Below, piece after piece: positions 39,666 to 63,081 of a stretch of 64,000 nt of DNA. The stretch covers positions 1,027,506 through 1,091,505 of the forward strand of contig CAVNZM010000003.1 in assembly GCA_963693365.1 (NCBI GenBank), written 5' to 3'. Source of the stretch: Amoebidium appalachense. Taxonomy: Eukaryota > Protista > Ichthyosporea. Below the pieces are notes generated by a model. It searched no databases and had not been told where the DNA came from. It saw nothing but the letters and a program-made list of their open reading frames with translations. How positions within the stretch are numbered: position 1 is the first letter of the stretch; each line of letters starts with the position of its first letter. A program made the position numbers and the translations under genes.

Positions 39666-40591
39666 CGCGTGAGCGCTGCAGCAGGTACTGATTGAAAGGT
39701 TGGCTGAGCGCTAACTTCTCTTCCACTGACAGCTCCCGAGTACGGCCCCCGGGTTCTCTCCTCTCTTCTCGTCTCTTATTCCAAGCTTTCGTCAGGATAT
39801 AAGATGAAAATAAAAATCCTAAATCCAGAAAAATGTCAAAATCGGAGTTTTAGCAGGTCATAAATTGGAACATCAGCAACACGCGCAGTGTGCAGAATGA
39901 GCAGAGCTTATTCTCAGGGGGGGGCCCAAGGGAAGGGGGAGGGCTGGGGGGGGGGGGTTGAATGCGCTATAAAGCATGAAGTACGCATAAACAACGAACA
40001 GCACGATGCAGAGTGCAAAGCAACATAAAAAGAGTATGCATAATAAACAGTGCCCATCCTCAGAGGGGGCTCAGGTCATCCACAGTGCCCGAGTTTCAAC
40101 CCATTCACATCGTCAACGAAACCCAACACTGACACTGTTTCATGTGGGTCACCCGTCTTGATCAGATACGAGTAGGGTTACTTATGCGAGCAGGCAACCG
40201 GCAAGGGCAATGGGAAACGCCGGGGACTAATGTTGCAGCGGTAAGCAGAAGCAAGAAAAATATAGATAGGAACTCAGGAGACGAGGCTTCTAGGCTCCCC
40301 CGTCGATACCTAAGTCGATACTTCCCTGGCTAACATACCACACCAGCTGAAAAAAATCAAGTCCCAGGGGAGAAAGTAGGAAAGAGGTTAAGAGAGACCG
40401 CACGTGCATGGGTTCAACATGACGACGAACAAAGTAGAATGAAAAAAAAACTGAAATATTTCCATTTACTGCTAACGTAGCAGACACTCGTCGGCCTAGG
40501 GAGAGAGGCAAAATTTGACACAAAAACTCACACCAATCTACAAATTTTGCATCAGAGCACCAAACAGACATCAACTAGGGATCATCGGTAT

Positions 40592-40653
40592 CTATACGAA
40601 CAGCAGGAGAAAAGCTATCCTGCCAGAGTCCCCCAAAGAACGGGAATGATCAA

Positions 40654-40697
<44 letters not shown>

Positions 40698-41773
40698 CCC
40701 TCTCTTTCTGTCTCTACCCCCTCCCCCTCCCCCCCCTCCCTCTCACCACCACCATCACTACCCCTATATGTATTCCCATACGGTATAGATAGGGGTAGTG
40801 GTGGTACACATTCCGTAACTTTTTCAACCCACAGTGTGCCCACATTGAAACGCAACAGACCACACACACTCTGACGTGTCTCCAGGCGAAATGGCGAAGT
40901 TTTGCTTACTTGGGTCAAACTCTTGCCACTGTGCTGAGCTTTTTCCTAGCAGCCTTGGGTAAACAACGTAGTCCTCTGAGCTAAGTGAGGCCGAGACGCA
41001 TTGACAAGAGATATTGACGAAGCGACTTGCACAGGGACTGGCCATACAGTTGACGACCCAGGGTGGCGCCAAAAAAAACCTGCAAAGAGAGTAGAACAGA
41101 GGACATTCGCTCACTTGGGTACAACTTCACTGTGTTGTTGAACTCCCCTTGGCAGCGCGCTTACGTAGTTGTGTTCCTCTGTGCTCGTGAGGCGGAGGCG
41201 AGCCGACGGCCAATGAAGTGGCAGAAGTCGTTGACGAAGCGACTTCCAGGCGCTGGAAAGGATGATGATCGGCTGGGGAAGGTTCCAGACGAGTCCTGCC
41301 ACGAGAAGTAGGACGGCAGTAATGCTCGAAGACAGAAGCTAAAAGGCTGACCTGGCTGGCACAAGTGTAGTCAGTTGGTGTAGAGTTGTATCAAAGGAAC
41401 GAGCCAACAACAGATGTGTTACAAGAGGCACGATATTGCCAGTTTTGGTGGTGTTGGGCAAGACGAAAACAGCAAAACGCCTTGCAATATGCCTGACAGC
41501 CCAGAACCCCAACAAAAACAAATAGCAACATACGGACGCTTTCATTAGCACACAAAAAGTGGAAGAAATAAGACTGTCCTTACCAGCTGCCTCCGCCCCC
41601 ATCTGTCGTCTAAGTTCGCGTTGTTCCTCCACCCGGTCGCGTGAGCGCTGCAGCAGATACTGAATGAAAGGTTGGCTGAGCGCTAATTTACTTTCCACTG
41701 ACAGGGCTGCCCATTCCTCATCCGACAAACCGTGAAACTCATAAGCCGTACGAAAGTCACGCGACGAATCCAT
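40592..41773 (-). pseudogene. Spliced gene of unknown family (coiled-coil followed by a hydrophobic segment), probably pseudogenised
   Basis: Exon 1 41584-41773 MDSSRDF...EEQRELRRQMGAEAA with GTAAGG donor. The next exon reads ARSAF*LLSSSITAVLLLVAGLVW, with TAG at 41339-41341 where the other copy has TGG, and ends at a GTAAGC donor. There is a further stop in exon 3. Confidence 0.55.
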
Positions 41774-42516
41774 GTTAGCAAACTTAGAAGTCTAAAAAGT
41801 TGAAGCGGCGCGGGAGAAGGGAAAGCGCTTTGTCTAGCGCCCAAAGATCATAGGAGATCGAAAGGGGTGGGGGCTTCAGCAGGAGGGGGGGAGGGGGGGG
41901 GGGGGGGGGGGGTGCTATTTATTGGCGACATGCATGCGGTGTGTGATGTGCCGGCACCAAGACTGACAGAACTTCCACCCAGCAAGCTACATATATAGAT
42001 AGCGACGTAACAGAATAGACATCATGTGTGGATATATACGTCGTTGTTTATTGAATCCATGTTGTACGTGTTTGAGACAAGAAGACAAACTCAGTGAAAG
42101 CTCTCAGTGAATATATCACACAGAAAGGCAACGTAGCCAGTTTTGTCGTTAGGGCTCCAACCGCTAAATCGTAAACGTGACCACTACAAGAACAAAGGGT
42201 GTACAAAAGTAGCATTTATGTATTAAAATTTACTTTATATTTGTTCAGGTCATTGTATTGGTGCATATAATCGATTGTTTATGTGAGTGCGATGTTTCCT
42301 GTTGCCGGGTACAACAAAAAATTCCACCACTTCCCCGGGATCCGACACACAGCAGGAGAGAGAGGAGAGCCTGGAGTGACTGCATTTTTGGTTTTTTTGT
42401 TATTGCTAAATCTAGGGCACCTCTATCACCTTTCTTAGTTAAGGAAACTCTTACTTGCTGGTTAAATCACACATACTTTGCTAGTTTAGGCGTTTTTGCC
42501 CTTTGAACACGCAAAA

Positions 42517-43746
42517 ATGCCTTCCTACGTGCGCCTTCGCGACCTCATCCGCAACATCCGCAGCCAGAAAACCATGGCTGACGAACGGACCATTGTCCAG
42601 AAGGAATTGGCTATAATCAGAACAGCGTTCAAGGAGGAAGACACAGAATACCGCACCAGAAATGTAGCTAAAGTTCTGTACATTCACATGCTTGGCTACC
42701 CCACACATTTCGCACAGCTCGAGTGTCTGAAGCTCATCGCCTCCCCCAAGTTTGGAGACAAGAGAATGGGTTATTTGGGGGCTATGATGCTTCTGGACGA
42801 GAGGACAGACGTGCAAATGCTTCTGACAAATTCACTCAAGGTTGACATGAACGCATCCAACCAATACATTTGTTGCTTGGCCCTCACCACACTCGGAAAC
42901 ATCTGCTCGTCGGAAATGGCCCGTGACCTTTCCCCAGAGGTGGAAAAGTTGCTGAAGTCATCCAATGCACTCATCAGAAAGAAGGCTGCCCTGTGTGCTT
43001 GCCGCATCATCCGCAAGGTACCCCTTAAAAAAAAAAAGCAGAATTTCCCTTCAATTTTGATTGTGCTAGTTTGCATCCTTCTGTGCAGTTGATTCTCCCT
43101 GCCCTCAACTACTGGAGAATACATGTACCCCCCCCCCCCCCCCCCCCAACCACCACCACCACCACCACCCCTAACACCTCAAACCATTCCTCTGTGACTT
43201 CCTCATCGCTCCTGATCTCAAGGCCTCTCTGCATAGCCTGCTACTGTTTGAGCACGGCACTGTTCGTTCCTCGATGCGACCAACCTCCCCCCTCCCCCCC
43301 CCCCCCTCCCCCCCCCCCCCCCCCCCCCTTCTTGGGATATTTCACCCTTTCCAACCCTTCGTACAAACGCGTGCGTGCGCGCGCACACACACACGCACAC
43401 GCACACGCACGCACGCACGCGTGCATGGCCCTCTGGGCTGGTGCTTGCTTATGGTTATATCTTACGAGGTTATGCAGGGTCTTCCCTTGCAGCCATAATC
43501 CTTGCTACTCCCTTCTCCGCTTATGGTCTAGCAATCACAGCATCTCCTATCTATTTGCGTGTTCCTATGATGTCGTGTAGTTTTTGTATCCCTTTTAGTC
43601 CTTTTACCACTGGCTTTCGGTCTTTTCACACCATTTTCACTTGTTTCCTCCCTTCCCCCCTTCCCCCCTCCGTTTTGTCTCTCTGTTAGCTTCCAATTAG
43701 CTTTTCGTGTGTCTGTGTATGGTCCCCCCCCCCCCCCCCAACCGCC

Positions 43747-43788
<42 letters not shown>

Positions 43789-43804
43789 CCGCCGCCCACC
43801 CACC

Positions 43805-43848
<44 letters not shown>

Positions 43849-43950
43849 AAAACACACACCCACCTCCTTTCACATGCTCCTCTACCAACACGCACACACA
43901 CACAAACACACACACACACACACAGAGAGAGAGGGAGAGAGGGAGAGGGA

Positions 43951-43990
<40 letters not shown>

Positions 43991-45339
43991 GATATGTTAC
44001 AGGCGTCTTAGTCGCGCACTGTTCCCTCTACTTGCCCTCTTTCGTGTCCCCCTTTTTTTAATGTGTTCCTGGCTCGGGCACTTGTGAATGTTCCGTTATT
44101 GGAATATTGCAAGGTATTTTGCTGGCTTTCTTACGACTTTCTTTCGGTATTGATAGATACAAAAGTATACGAAAGAATGTTATTTTCCCCAGATCAACTT
44201 AGAAACGTACGTATGTAAGACATATACGTGTCGATATTTACAATTTATTTGAGCTTTTCTATCGATGTTGAGCCACAATATAGTTGTTTAGAGCTGTTTA
44301 GAGCTGGCCAGCTACCGGTCAATTCAATTAGTGCCGGGCCGAAGGGGTTAACCTAATCTGTATTTGCCTGCTTGGATGCGTTGTCTCTATTAGCCCCTTT
44401 TTGTAAGGGTGCAAACGTGCCCCTTTCTTTCTGTGCCCAAACACAACTCTCACTGTCCACTCGCGCGTCCTTGTGTGTATGTCAAAGTCTTGTACATTAC
44501 ATCCCTCTCCCTCTCGTTTTTCTCTCGTTTTTCTCCACACACTCACACACCCACCTTTTCCAGGTTCCGGAACTTCTTGAAAACTACGTTTCCTTGGCAC
44601 GTCAGCTCCTTTCTGAGCGCAACCACGGTGTGCTTATCACTGGTGTGACGCTCCTTATCGAGATGTGCAAGGCGGACAACGAGACGCTTGAGTACACACG
44701 CAAGACCGTGCCCACACTCGTGCGGCTGCTGAAGACGCTGGTTGTTTCTGGAAACACCCCTGATTATGACGTCAACGGCGTGCCTGACCCCTTCCTGCAG
44801 GTGTGTGCATGGGTTGGTGTTTGTGTGTTAGTGTGTGGAGGGTTGGGGAAGAGAGGGGGGAGGGGGGGGGGGGGGAGGGAGGGGGGTTAAAAGGCGTGTG
44901 GGTGGGGGGAGGGGGGGAGGGATGTGAGAAGGTGTGGGGGGGGGGGGGGATGGGGGAGGGGAGGTGGAAAAGAGAGAGGAGGGCAGAAGGAGGGGTGGGG
45001 GGGATGTCTGTAGATGTGTTTGTGTGGGGGAGGTGGGGGGGCTATGCTTGTGTGTGGGGGGAGGGGAGGAAGGAAGGAATACGTATTCTCTGACATATTC
45101 ACTCAATCCCCCCGTATTCTACAGCCACCTCTAACCCCTTTCATCCTTATTCACACGTATTCCAGGTGCGTATTCTGCAGCTGCTCGGTATTCTCGGGCA
45201 CAACGACTCTGAGGCCAGCGATTCCATGAACGACATTTTGGCTCAGGTGGCAACAAATACTGAGTCATCCCGTACCGTCGGCAACGCCATTCTCTACGAG
45301 ACTGCACGCACTATCATGAAGATCAAGGTGCGTGGGTGG

Positions 45340-45418
<79 letters not shown>

Positions 45419-45561
45419 TGTGTGTGCGTGTGTGTTTGGCCGCACGCGCACGAGCACGGGTATGCCCTCCTGCCCCCTTTTTTTTGTTGTTGTTCTTGTC
45501 TTTTTTTTGGTGTGCGGGCGTGCGTGCGTGCGTGCGTGCGTGTTGTTGGGGAGGCCCGGGG

Positions 45562-45597
<36 letters not shown>

Positions 45598-46054
45598 ACC
45601 CCATGGTTGGCCTGTTCGTTGTGGGCATTCTTGGTGTGTGTGTGTGTGTGCCTCGTGGCCCCTGCCGATCCACTTATTTAGGCCTGGGTCCCCAGAAGGG
45701 GGAAGGGGGGAGGGGGGGAGTTGAATGTTCAGCCTCCCCTGCCTTCACACAGACACCCTTCTGACGTATCCATTCTTTTGGCTGGGTGTGGGTGGGTGAT
45801 GGTGTGTCTGTGTCTGTGGTGGTGGTGGTGTTGGAGGGGGCTTTGGCGTTTCATCTAGGTTAATTTTGATCTTTCTCCCTGTATACGCGTGGATACACCT
45901 GAAGCTACAATTTTTAGGATGCCACTTTGCTCATAACCCCCCCCCCCCCAACCCTCCACCCCACCTCACCCCACTCCACCATCACCACATCCTCCACTAC
46001 CCCCACGTCCACTGCCACCTTCACACACACGTATGCGTACACACACACACACAC

Positions 46055-46107
<53 letters not shown>

Positions 46108-47829
46108 ACAGGCGGAGAGTGGACTGCGTGTGCTTGCCGTCAACATCCTGGGCCGGTTCCTTCTCAACACGGACAAGAACATTCGCTACGTGGCCCTCAA
46201 CACTCTCATGAAGACCGTTCACGGTGACATGCAGGTCGGTGTCTTCTGTCTTTTTTTACGGCTTCTCCCTCTCTTTCCTTGTTTTCCCCGGGGGACGGGG
46301 GGAGGGGGGGGGGGGGGGGGGGTCTCCTCTTTTTCCCCTTCTTTTCTTTTTATATTGTTTTTTTCTTTCTTTCTTTTCCTGGGGGGGGGGGGGGGGGGGG
46401 GGGGGGGGGGCTGATGTAAGTGTGTGAGCGTGTGTGTATGTGTTCTGTAAAGTAACGAGCCGCCCATGCAACGCTTTTTGGAAGTCCGTATGCTCTGCCT
46501 GTTGGTTCATGAATTCTTTTGTTGATTCCTCGGAATAGGGTGGATTTGCGTGTGCGTGTGTGTGAGTTTGGGGGGGAGGAGAGGGGGGGGGGGGGGAAGA
46601 GAGTTCTACAGAGCAGAATGAAGCAAAACGGAAGACATTGTGCGTGAGGCACCAATAGAAACACTAATTTTCTCCTCTCCACCCCTCTCTCTCTCTGTCT
46701 CTCTCTCCCTCTCTCCCTCTCACCCTCTTGCTTTCTCTCTCCCCTCCCTCCCCCTCTCCTCTCCCTCCCTATCCCTCCCTATCCCTCTCTCTCCTCTCTT
46801 TCTCGCTCTCTCTCTCTCTCTCTCTTCCTCTCTCTCTCTCTCCCTCTCTCTCTCTCCCCCCGCCCCCCTCTCTCTCTCCCTCTCCCCCCTCTCTCCCTCT
46901 CCCCCCCCTTCTCCCCTTCCTCCCTCCCTCTCTCTGTCTTCCTTTCTCTCCCCTCTCCTCCTTCCCCCCCCCCCCCCCCCCCGTTTCTCCACACAGGCCG
47001 TTCAGCGCCACCGTGCCACTATTGTCGACTGCCTCAAGGACCCGGACATTTCCATCCGCCGCCGTGCCCTCGAGCTTGTGTTTGCGCTGATGAACCACAG
47101 CAACATTCGCGCCTTAATGCGCGAGATCCTGAGCTTTTTGGACGTTGCAGATGCCGAGTTTAAGGCGTACATGTGCAGTTCGATTGCAAGCACGGCGGCC
47201 AAGTATGCGCCCAATAAGCGGTGGCATATGGACACGCTGCTTAAGATGCTGACCAGTGCTGGGCAGTATGTGACGGAGGAGCTGGTGAGCAGCGTCATCT
47301 GCATGATCACCCAGGTACTGTGTGCATGGCTGTGGGTACTGTGTGCATGGCTGTGGGTAATGTGTACATTGCTGTGGTACTGTGTGCATGGCTGTAGGTA
47401 CTGTGTGCATGGCTGTGGGTGTGTGTGCATGGCTGTGGGTGTGTGTGCATGGCTGTGGGTGGGTGTGCATGGCTGTGGGCACTGTGTGCATGGCTGTGGG
47501 TACTGTGTACATCGCTGTGGTACTGTGTGCATGGCTGTGGGTGTGTGTGCATGGCTGTGGGTGTGTGTGCATGTCTATGTGTACTGTGTGCATGGCTGTG
47601 AGTACTGTGTGCATGGCTGTGGGTACTGTGTTCATGTCTGTAGGTACTGTGTGCATGTCTCTGGCTGTGTGTGCATGTTCTATCTTTCGGGTACTAGGTG
47701 CATGTCGTAGGTACCGTGTACATGGCTGTCTGAAATACCTAGTACTGTGTGCACGTCTATGGGTACTGTGTGCACGTCTATCGGTACTGTGTTCATGTCC
47801 TTTTGTGTGTGTGTGTCTGTGTGTGTGTG

Positions 47830-47875
<46 letters not shown>

Positions 47876-48617
47876 ATGACGGGTAATACCGTGCAGTGGG
47901 GTATGGTTTCTTGTGCTGTTGCACAACTCACCTGCCTGCTTGGGGCCTATTGTCTAAAACTTTCCCCTTCCCTCCCTCTCCCCCTCAAACACCTCCCCCC
48001 TCCCTCTCTCACACTCCCTCCAACACTCCCCCCTCCCTCTCTCTCTTCCTCTAACACTCCCCCCTCCCTCTCTCTTCTTCTTCTAACGCTCCCCCCTGCC
48101 TCTCTCTCCCCCTCTAACACCTCCCCACCTCCCTCTCCCTCTAACACTCCCCCCTCCCTCTCTCTCTCCCTCTAACACCTCCCCCCTCCCTCTCTCTCTC
48201 CATCTAACACCTCCCCCCTGCCTCTCTCTCTCCAAATCCTCCCCCCCCCCCCCCCCACCCCCCCCCCTCCTCTCTCTCTCCCTCTAACACCTCCCCACCC
48301 CCCTCCCTCTCTTTCTTCATGCCGCACACACGATCACGTACACCCACAATTCTTTCATCCTGACACACACACACACACACGTACACAGGCGCCCGAGCTT
48401 CACGCCTATGTCACTCAACGCCTGTACGTAGCCCTCCAGGACAACATTTCGCAGCAGCCCACGGTTCAGATTGCATCGTGGTGCATTGGTGAGTACGGGG
48501 ATCTCCTAGTTGGTGGGGCGGTGGAGGAGGAGGAGCCCGTGGAGGTGAGCGAGGTGGATGTGATTGATCTGCTGGAGAATATTCTGGCTTCGAACTTTTG
48601 CACACAGGTGCGTGGGT

Positions 48618-48680
<63 letters not shown>

Positions 48681-49283
48681 CTGTCTCTCTCTCACCCTCT
48701 CTCTCCTCCACGTACAAGCATCTCTCTCCCTCTCTCTTTCTCTTTCCCCTCTATATGTGTCTGTGTGTGGGTGTGTACCCCTCCCCCTCCCCCTCCCCTT
48801 CCTTCCCTCCCTCCCGTCCTACCTTCCACTTTGTTCCTCTCCCTCCCTTTCTTAACCCCCCCCCCCTCCACCGCCGCCGCCGCGGTCCCTTCCCCTGATA
48901 TCTGCTTGCATATCTCATGGTGTGTGTGTGTAGCGGGAAAGGGGGGGGGGGGGGGGGGGGGTTGTGTAAGAGGGCTGAGGGGAGGAAATTGTGTGGGCTT
49001 GTCATATTGGGCTTTTGCCTGAAATAAGAATCCCAGGCAGGCGCTCGATGACAGGAGTGTCGTTGGGCTTATGTGTGTGCGCATGGTGGCGGTGGTGTGT
49101 GGGTGTGTGTGGGGGGGGGGGGGGGGGGGGGGGATGGGGGGGGACACGGAGTGTCCTGGTGTCTACAATTTTGGGGCATGTGCGTGTGGAGCGGAGGGCC
49201 TGTGTTGGGGTTACTGACAGATGTCCATTTCCCCCCCTCCCCCCCCCCTCCCCCCCCCCCCCCCTCCCCCGGCCGCCTCTTCG

Positions 49284-49358
<75 letters not shown>

Positions 49359-50310
49359 CACGTGCATGTACAGGTGACCAAGGAGTACGTGCTCATGTCC
49401 CTCATGAAGCTCACCTCCCGCTTCCGCACCGGCACCGACCGCATCCGCAAGATCATTGGCACGTACACAACCTCTGTTGACGTGGAACTGCAACAGCGCG
49501 CCGTCGAGTTCTCCTCCCTGTTCGATCTGGACTCCCTCCGCCCCGCGCTCCTCGAAAAAATGCCCGTGCGCGAGCCGGAGGAAGAACTGGAAAAGTATTC
49601 GGACGAAGAGGGCGCATCGGACGAAGAAAGAAACGGGAGAGACACACGCGATAACCGCGACAGCCGCCGGCAGAGCTCCGCGTCTCCTCCCCCCCCGCCG
49701 TTCCTCCCGCCCCTCTGCTTCCGCTTCCGTCCCTCCCCCCCAAACCTCGGCTCCTTCGAACCAAGTTGCCGATCTTTTGGATCTTTTGGGTGGGGGGGAT
49801 AGTGTCCCCCTCCGGCCCCTCCTCCTCTGCTCCCCCCCTGCCATGGGTGGGGATATTATGGATTTGCTTGGTGGGTTGGGAGGCGGAACCCCCGCTCCTG
49901 CCCCCGTTTCGAGCATGTCTGGAGGGGGGGTCTTTGATATGCTTGGGGGGGGTTCTTCGCCCGCCGGCGCCGCTCCTGGGGGAGTTATTGGGTATGACAA
50001 GAATGGTGTGCGTCTTTCTTTCGGAATCGAGAAAAATCCAGCAAACCCCACGCAGGCTCAAGTCACCGTTACGACGACGAATTCCTCCCCCGCCCCCGTC
50101 ACCGGGTATGTTATGCAAGCGGCGGTCCCCAAAACGATCAAGATGCAGCTTATGGCGGCAAGCGGATCGGATCTCGCGCCCGGGGGTAAGATTGCGCAGG
50201 TGATTAGGGTGGCTAATCCTCAAAATCACCCTCTGCGTATTCGCATTAAGGTGTCATATGTGGCGGGAGGAATGCAGGTACAGGATACCGCGGAGGTGGG
50301 GCCACTTTAA
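42517..50310 (+). CDS. AP1G1: AP-1 complex subunit gamma (gamma-adaptin), 7 exons
   Basis: Exons 42517-43017, 44564-44800, 45166-45327, 46112-46234, 46997-47314, 48389-48607, 49374-50310. Hallmarks [65 protein letters not shown], hinge LLDLL, ear QAAVPK. One apparent +1 frameshift in a C-run near 49689-49696. Confidence 0.95.
47315..47790 (+). repeat. Intronic minisatellite, ~19-21 bp unit GTACTGTGTGCATGGCTGTGG, ~20 copies
   Basis: The first unit starts exactly at the donor GT of AP1G intron 5. Confidence 0.9.
47985..48300 (+). repeat. Intronic ~30-bp pyrimidine-rich repeat containing CTAAC
   Basis: Seven CTAAC copies in CCTCTAACACTCCCCCTCCCTCTCTCTC-like units upstream of the acceptor at 48388. 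Confidence 0.8.
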
Positions 50311-50660
50311 GGGGGTTAAAGGTGATGTGATGTGCAGGCGGAGGGGAGGGCTAACGGTGCAGTGTTTTTGCCTAAATATGGATTTTTTGCTGTGTATGGC
50401 GACAGGTGGTTGATGGTGGGTGGGTGGGGTGATGAGATGTGGGGTGGTTGTTGTTGACTAAATATGGGATATTTGTTGGTGGGTGGTATCGTAGAGGTTT
50501 TAAGTCTGATGTTTTTTGCTTTTTCTAATCAGTCCCCATCTGTCTGCGGATGTGTGAAAATGGTGGGTTTTTGAGATCTGATAATGTGTGCTTACATATG
50601 AAGCCTTGGAAAGTGACGGTTGGATATAGTATGTGTTGCTGAGGTACAAAGGTCTACCTG

Positions 50661-50709
<49 letters not shown>

Positions 50710-51544
50710 TATCATCGACCTCTCTATATTTATTGAATATAGTAATTAGAGCTACAATCTGGTTTTCTTGAACGTCGTCCATCTAATTTTTCATCGAGTG
50801 TATTTACCGGGAAATGATTACTGTCGAATCCGGGTATGCAGTCGAAACTATTTTTCGTTACCTTTCTCCCGCCGTTTTGCCCACTTCCTGTGTTGTCGTT
50901 TGATGTAGCTATAGTCGGCTTTACCCAAAACGAAAAGTAAATGAACATATCTGATGTGGCGGAATCTCTTATTCACAAGTCCCCCCCCCCCCCCCCCCCC
51001 GGCACGAGAGGTTAAAGAGTCGAAACCCATGCTTTTGTGGAGGCATAGGAACCCCCCTAATGATGGGCTCTGTTCAAGTGTCTTCTGCCTGCACGCTTAA
51101 ATTGTTTGATTTTGGATTTCCCACCTTTGTGACGCTTTGTTGTTGCTCTTTGTTGTCTCCTTCATATTTCCAACCCTCTAACGCATACATCACCCCCCCC
51201 CCCCCCCCCCCACCCACCCACCACAAAAAAAAAAAAAAAAAAAAAAAAAAGCCACAAATTATAAACAGCACGAACACAACACTTCATGTTCACGCAAGGT
51301 CACGCATGTATATTCTCAAACACACGCAGACACACACGCACACACACACACACACAAAACACACCGGATCCCCCCCCCCCCCACACACACACACACAAGC
51401 ACACGTGCCACACGTACGCCCTCACATGTACACGCCAACGGTGACCAATACATTGGTTGACTTACCGAAATTTTTCGAAACGTGTGTGTATGCCATCACT
51501 TGGATGCGTGGCCTAGATAGAGAGAAAGAGCAAGAGAGAATGAG

Positions 51545-51709
<165 letters not shown>

Positions 51710-51830
51710 GTGGTTTGGTCGTTCCCCCTTTCCCTCCCTCTCCCCTGTGCTCTGCATATAATGAAACCCTGCTGTATTTGACGTACTTGTTGAAAAGTGT
51801 CAACAGAATGACTACAGTACATCCTCACCG

Positions 51831-51877
<47 letters not shown>

Positions 51878-52261
51878 CCCCTCTGTCTGCATCTCCCTCT
51901 CTCTCTCTCTCTCCCCACTCCTTTTCTCTCCTCTGCTTCTCTCTCTCCCTTCCCTCTTCTCCCCCTCCCCCCTCCTCCCCTCCTCTCTCTTCCTCCCCCC
52001 CCCCCCCCCCCCCCAAAAAAAAGAACAACTTAAAAGAAAAAAAAGAGCATGACATTGTTCACACGTGTGCTTGGTGTCACACGTGTGCACTTGTCTACGT
52101 AGCTGCCGTCACCTATAAATAGCACATGTGATTTGGAGATGATTCTGGCATTTCTATAAATAGGAGTGTCCCTCAAATGTTATGCATATGTGGATATATT
52201 CCTTGTGTCACTGTGTGTGTGTATGTGTGTGTATGTCCGTGTGCGCCTGTGTGTGTGTGCG

Positions 52262-52315
<54 letters not shown>

Positions 52316-52387
52316 AGTGTATGTGTGCGTGCGTTTGTTTATGTAAGCATATGTGTGTCTGTCTGTGTGTGTGATGGCCGGGGGGAC

Positions 52388-52421
<34 letters not shown>

Positions 52422-53142
52422 TATTTCTTTTGATATCGCCTGCACATACGGAAGAACGATGATGGTAGTGATTTCTTTTTCTTTCTTTCTTTTTTTTTTT
52501 TTCTTTTTTTTCCCTCCCCTATTAAGTTTACATTGACGACACAACTAGTACCATGAAAAACCACGATATCCCCCCCCTTTAAGTTAACTACACTACACGA
52601 GTACCACGTTACAACTCATGAACTTCATGATGAATCACACGCTTCATAGCTTTACGGTGACTGGATGTACCCAGGCCGGTTCATCTCCCACTTCTGTATT
52701 TAAAAGGCTCAAAACAACTCGGATTTATCAGTTTTTTTTTTGTTGTTGTTGTTCTTTTCTCTTTTCGGTTTCTTCCATTCTCCAAAAACCCATCACTAAA
52801 CCAAGGGGGGGAAAGACTTGGTATATATTGGTAAGAAAAGCAACAACGGATACTTATTTCTTGTAAACCATCTAAATAACACACGATTCGGGCTGAGTCA
52901 GAAGAAAAATCTGGAATATAACAAAGAACTGCCAGTTCATAAAAGGAAGAAGAAAAAGAAGAAAACGACTCGAAAAGAAGAAGAAAAAGAAGAAGAAACC
53001 CGAAGAGAAGAAGAAGAGATAAACAAGAAGAAGAAGAAAAAGAAAACGAATCCTTCAGGAACAAAAGAAGGTACTTTACGAAGGGGGGAAGGGTACAATA
53101 AATCAAAAAAACAACAACAAAGAAAAAGAAAAGAAACCGAAA

Positions 53143-62498
<9,356 letters not shown>

Positions 62499-63050
62499 AG
62501 GTTTTGGCACAGAGGCCCCTTCCTCCTTTCGTGTGTGTGTGCGTGTGGTAATTGGGGTGGGGTGGGATGGGGGGAGGGGGGAGGGGTATTGATGTGTTTG
62601 GCGTGAAAGGAAGGTGGGATGGCAGGAAGGGGGAGGGGGGGGGGGTAAGGGGAAGGGGGGGGGGAGGGGGAGAGATGGAGGGGGAGATAGGGACAGGGGG
62701 GGAGGGGGGGGGGGGGGGGGGCAGGGGAAAGAGGGGGAGAGAGAGAAAGCTAAGCGAGAGACAGAGAGAATAGGAGGAACGGCTATTCTTAGAAAAATAG
62801 CTATACACTTTCCCACTCCTTATCGTTTCTTTAATTTGTTATAGGTTGCCATTGTCGTGTAAATTACGACCCACAAAGCGCAAATTTAGGGAGCTGGCTC
62901 CTCTTGCAAAACAGCCGCCAAAATCATGTGATCTTTGTTGTACATTAAAAGTTCGTGTGAAAAGTCATAGTAATCCGAGGCCATGACGTGCCCTAACATT
63001 GTGGCGGATGTTGGAAGTATGTAAGTACACCGCCTTCGAAAGTCCCCCCC

Positions 63051-63081
<31 letters not shown>

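Larger units (their letters stand above)
34660..39732 (-). pseudogene. Duplicated copy of the 40592-41773 gene: 5'-truncated, frameshifted and interrupted by an LTR element
   Basis: 34386-35293 plus 38879-39732 is collinear with 40412-41704; indels in exon 2 relative to the other copy; LTR element inserted in exon 2; similarity stops at 39732, before the ATG. Confidence 0.75.

Noticed and set aside
33752-44351. TTAACCCCTTC and GAAGGGGTTAA as piggyBac-like ends of one 10.6-kb element
   Set aside because: The match is only 11 bp and the span would include AP1G exon 1; more likely chance or unrelated fragments.
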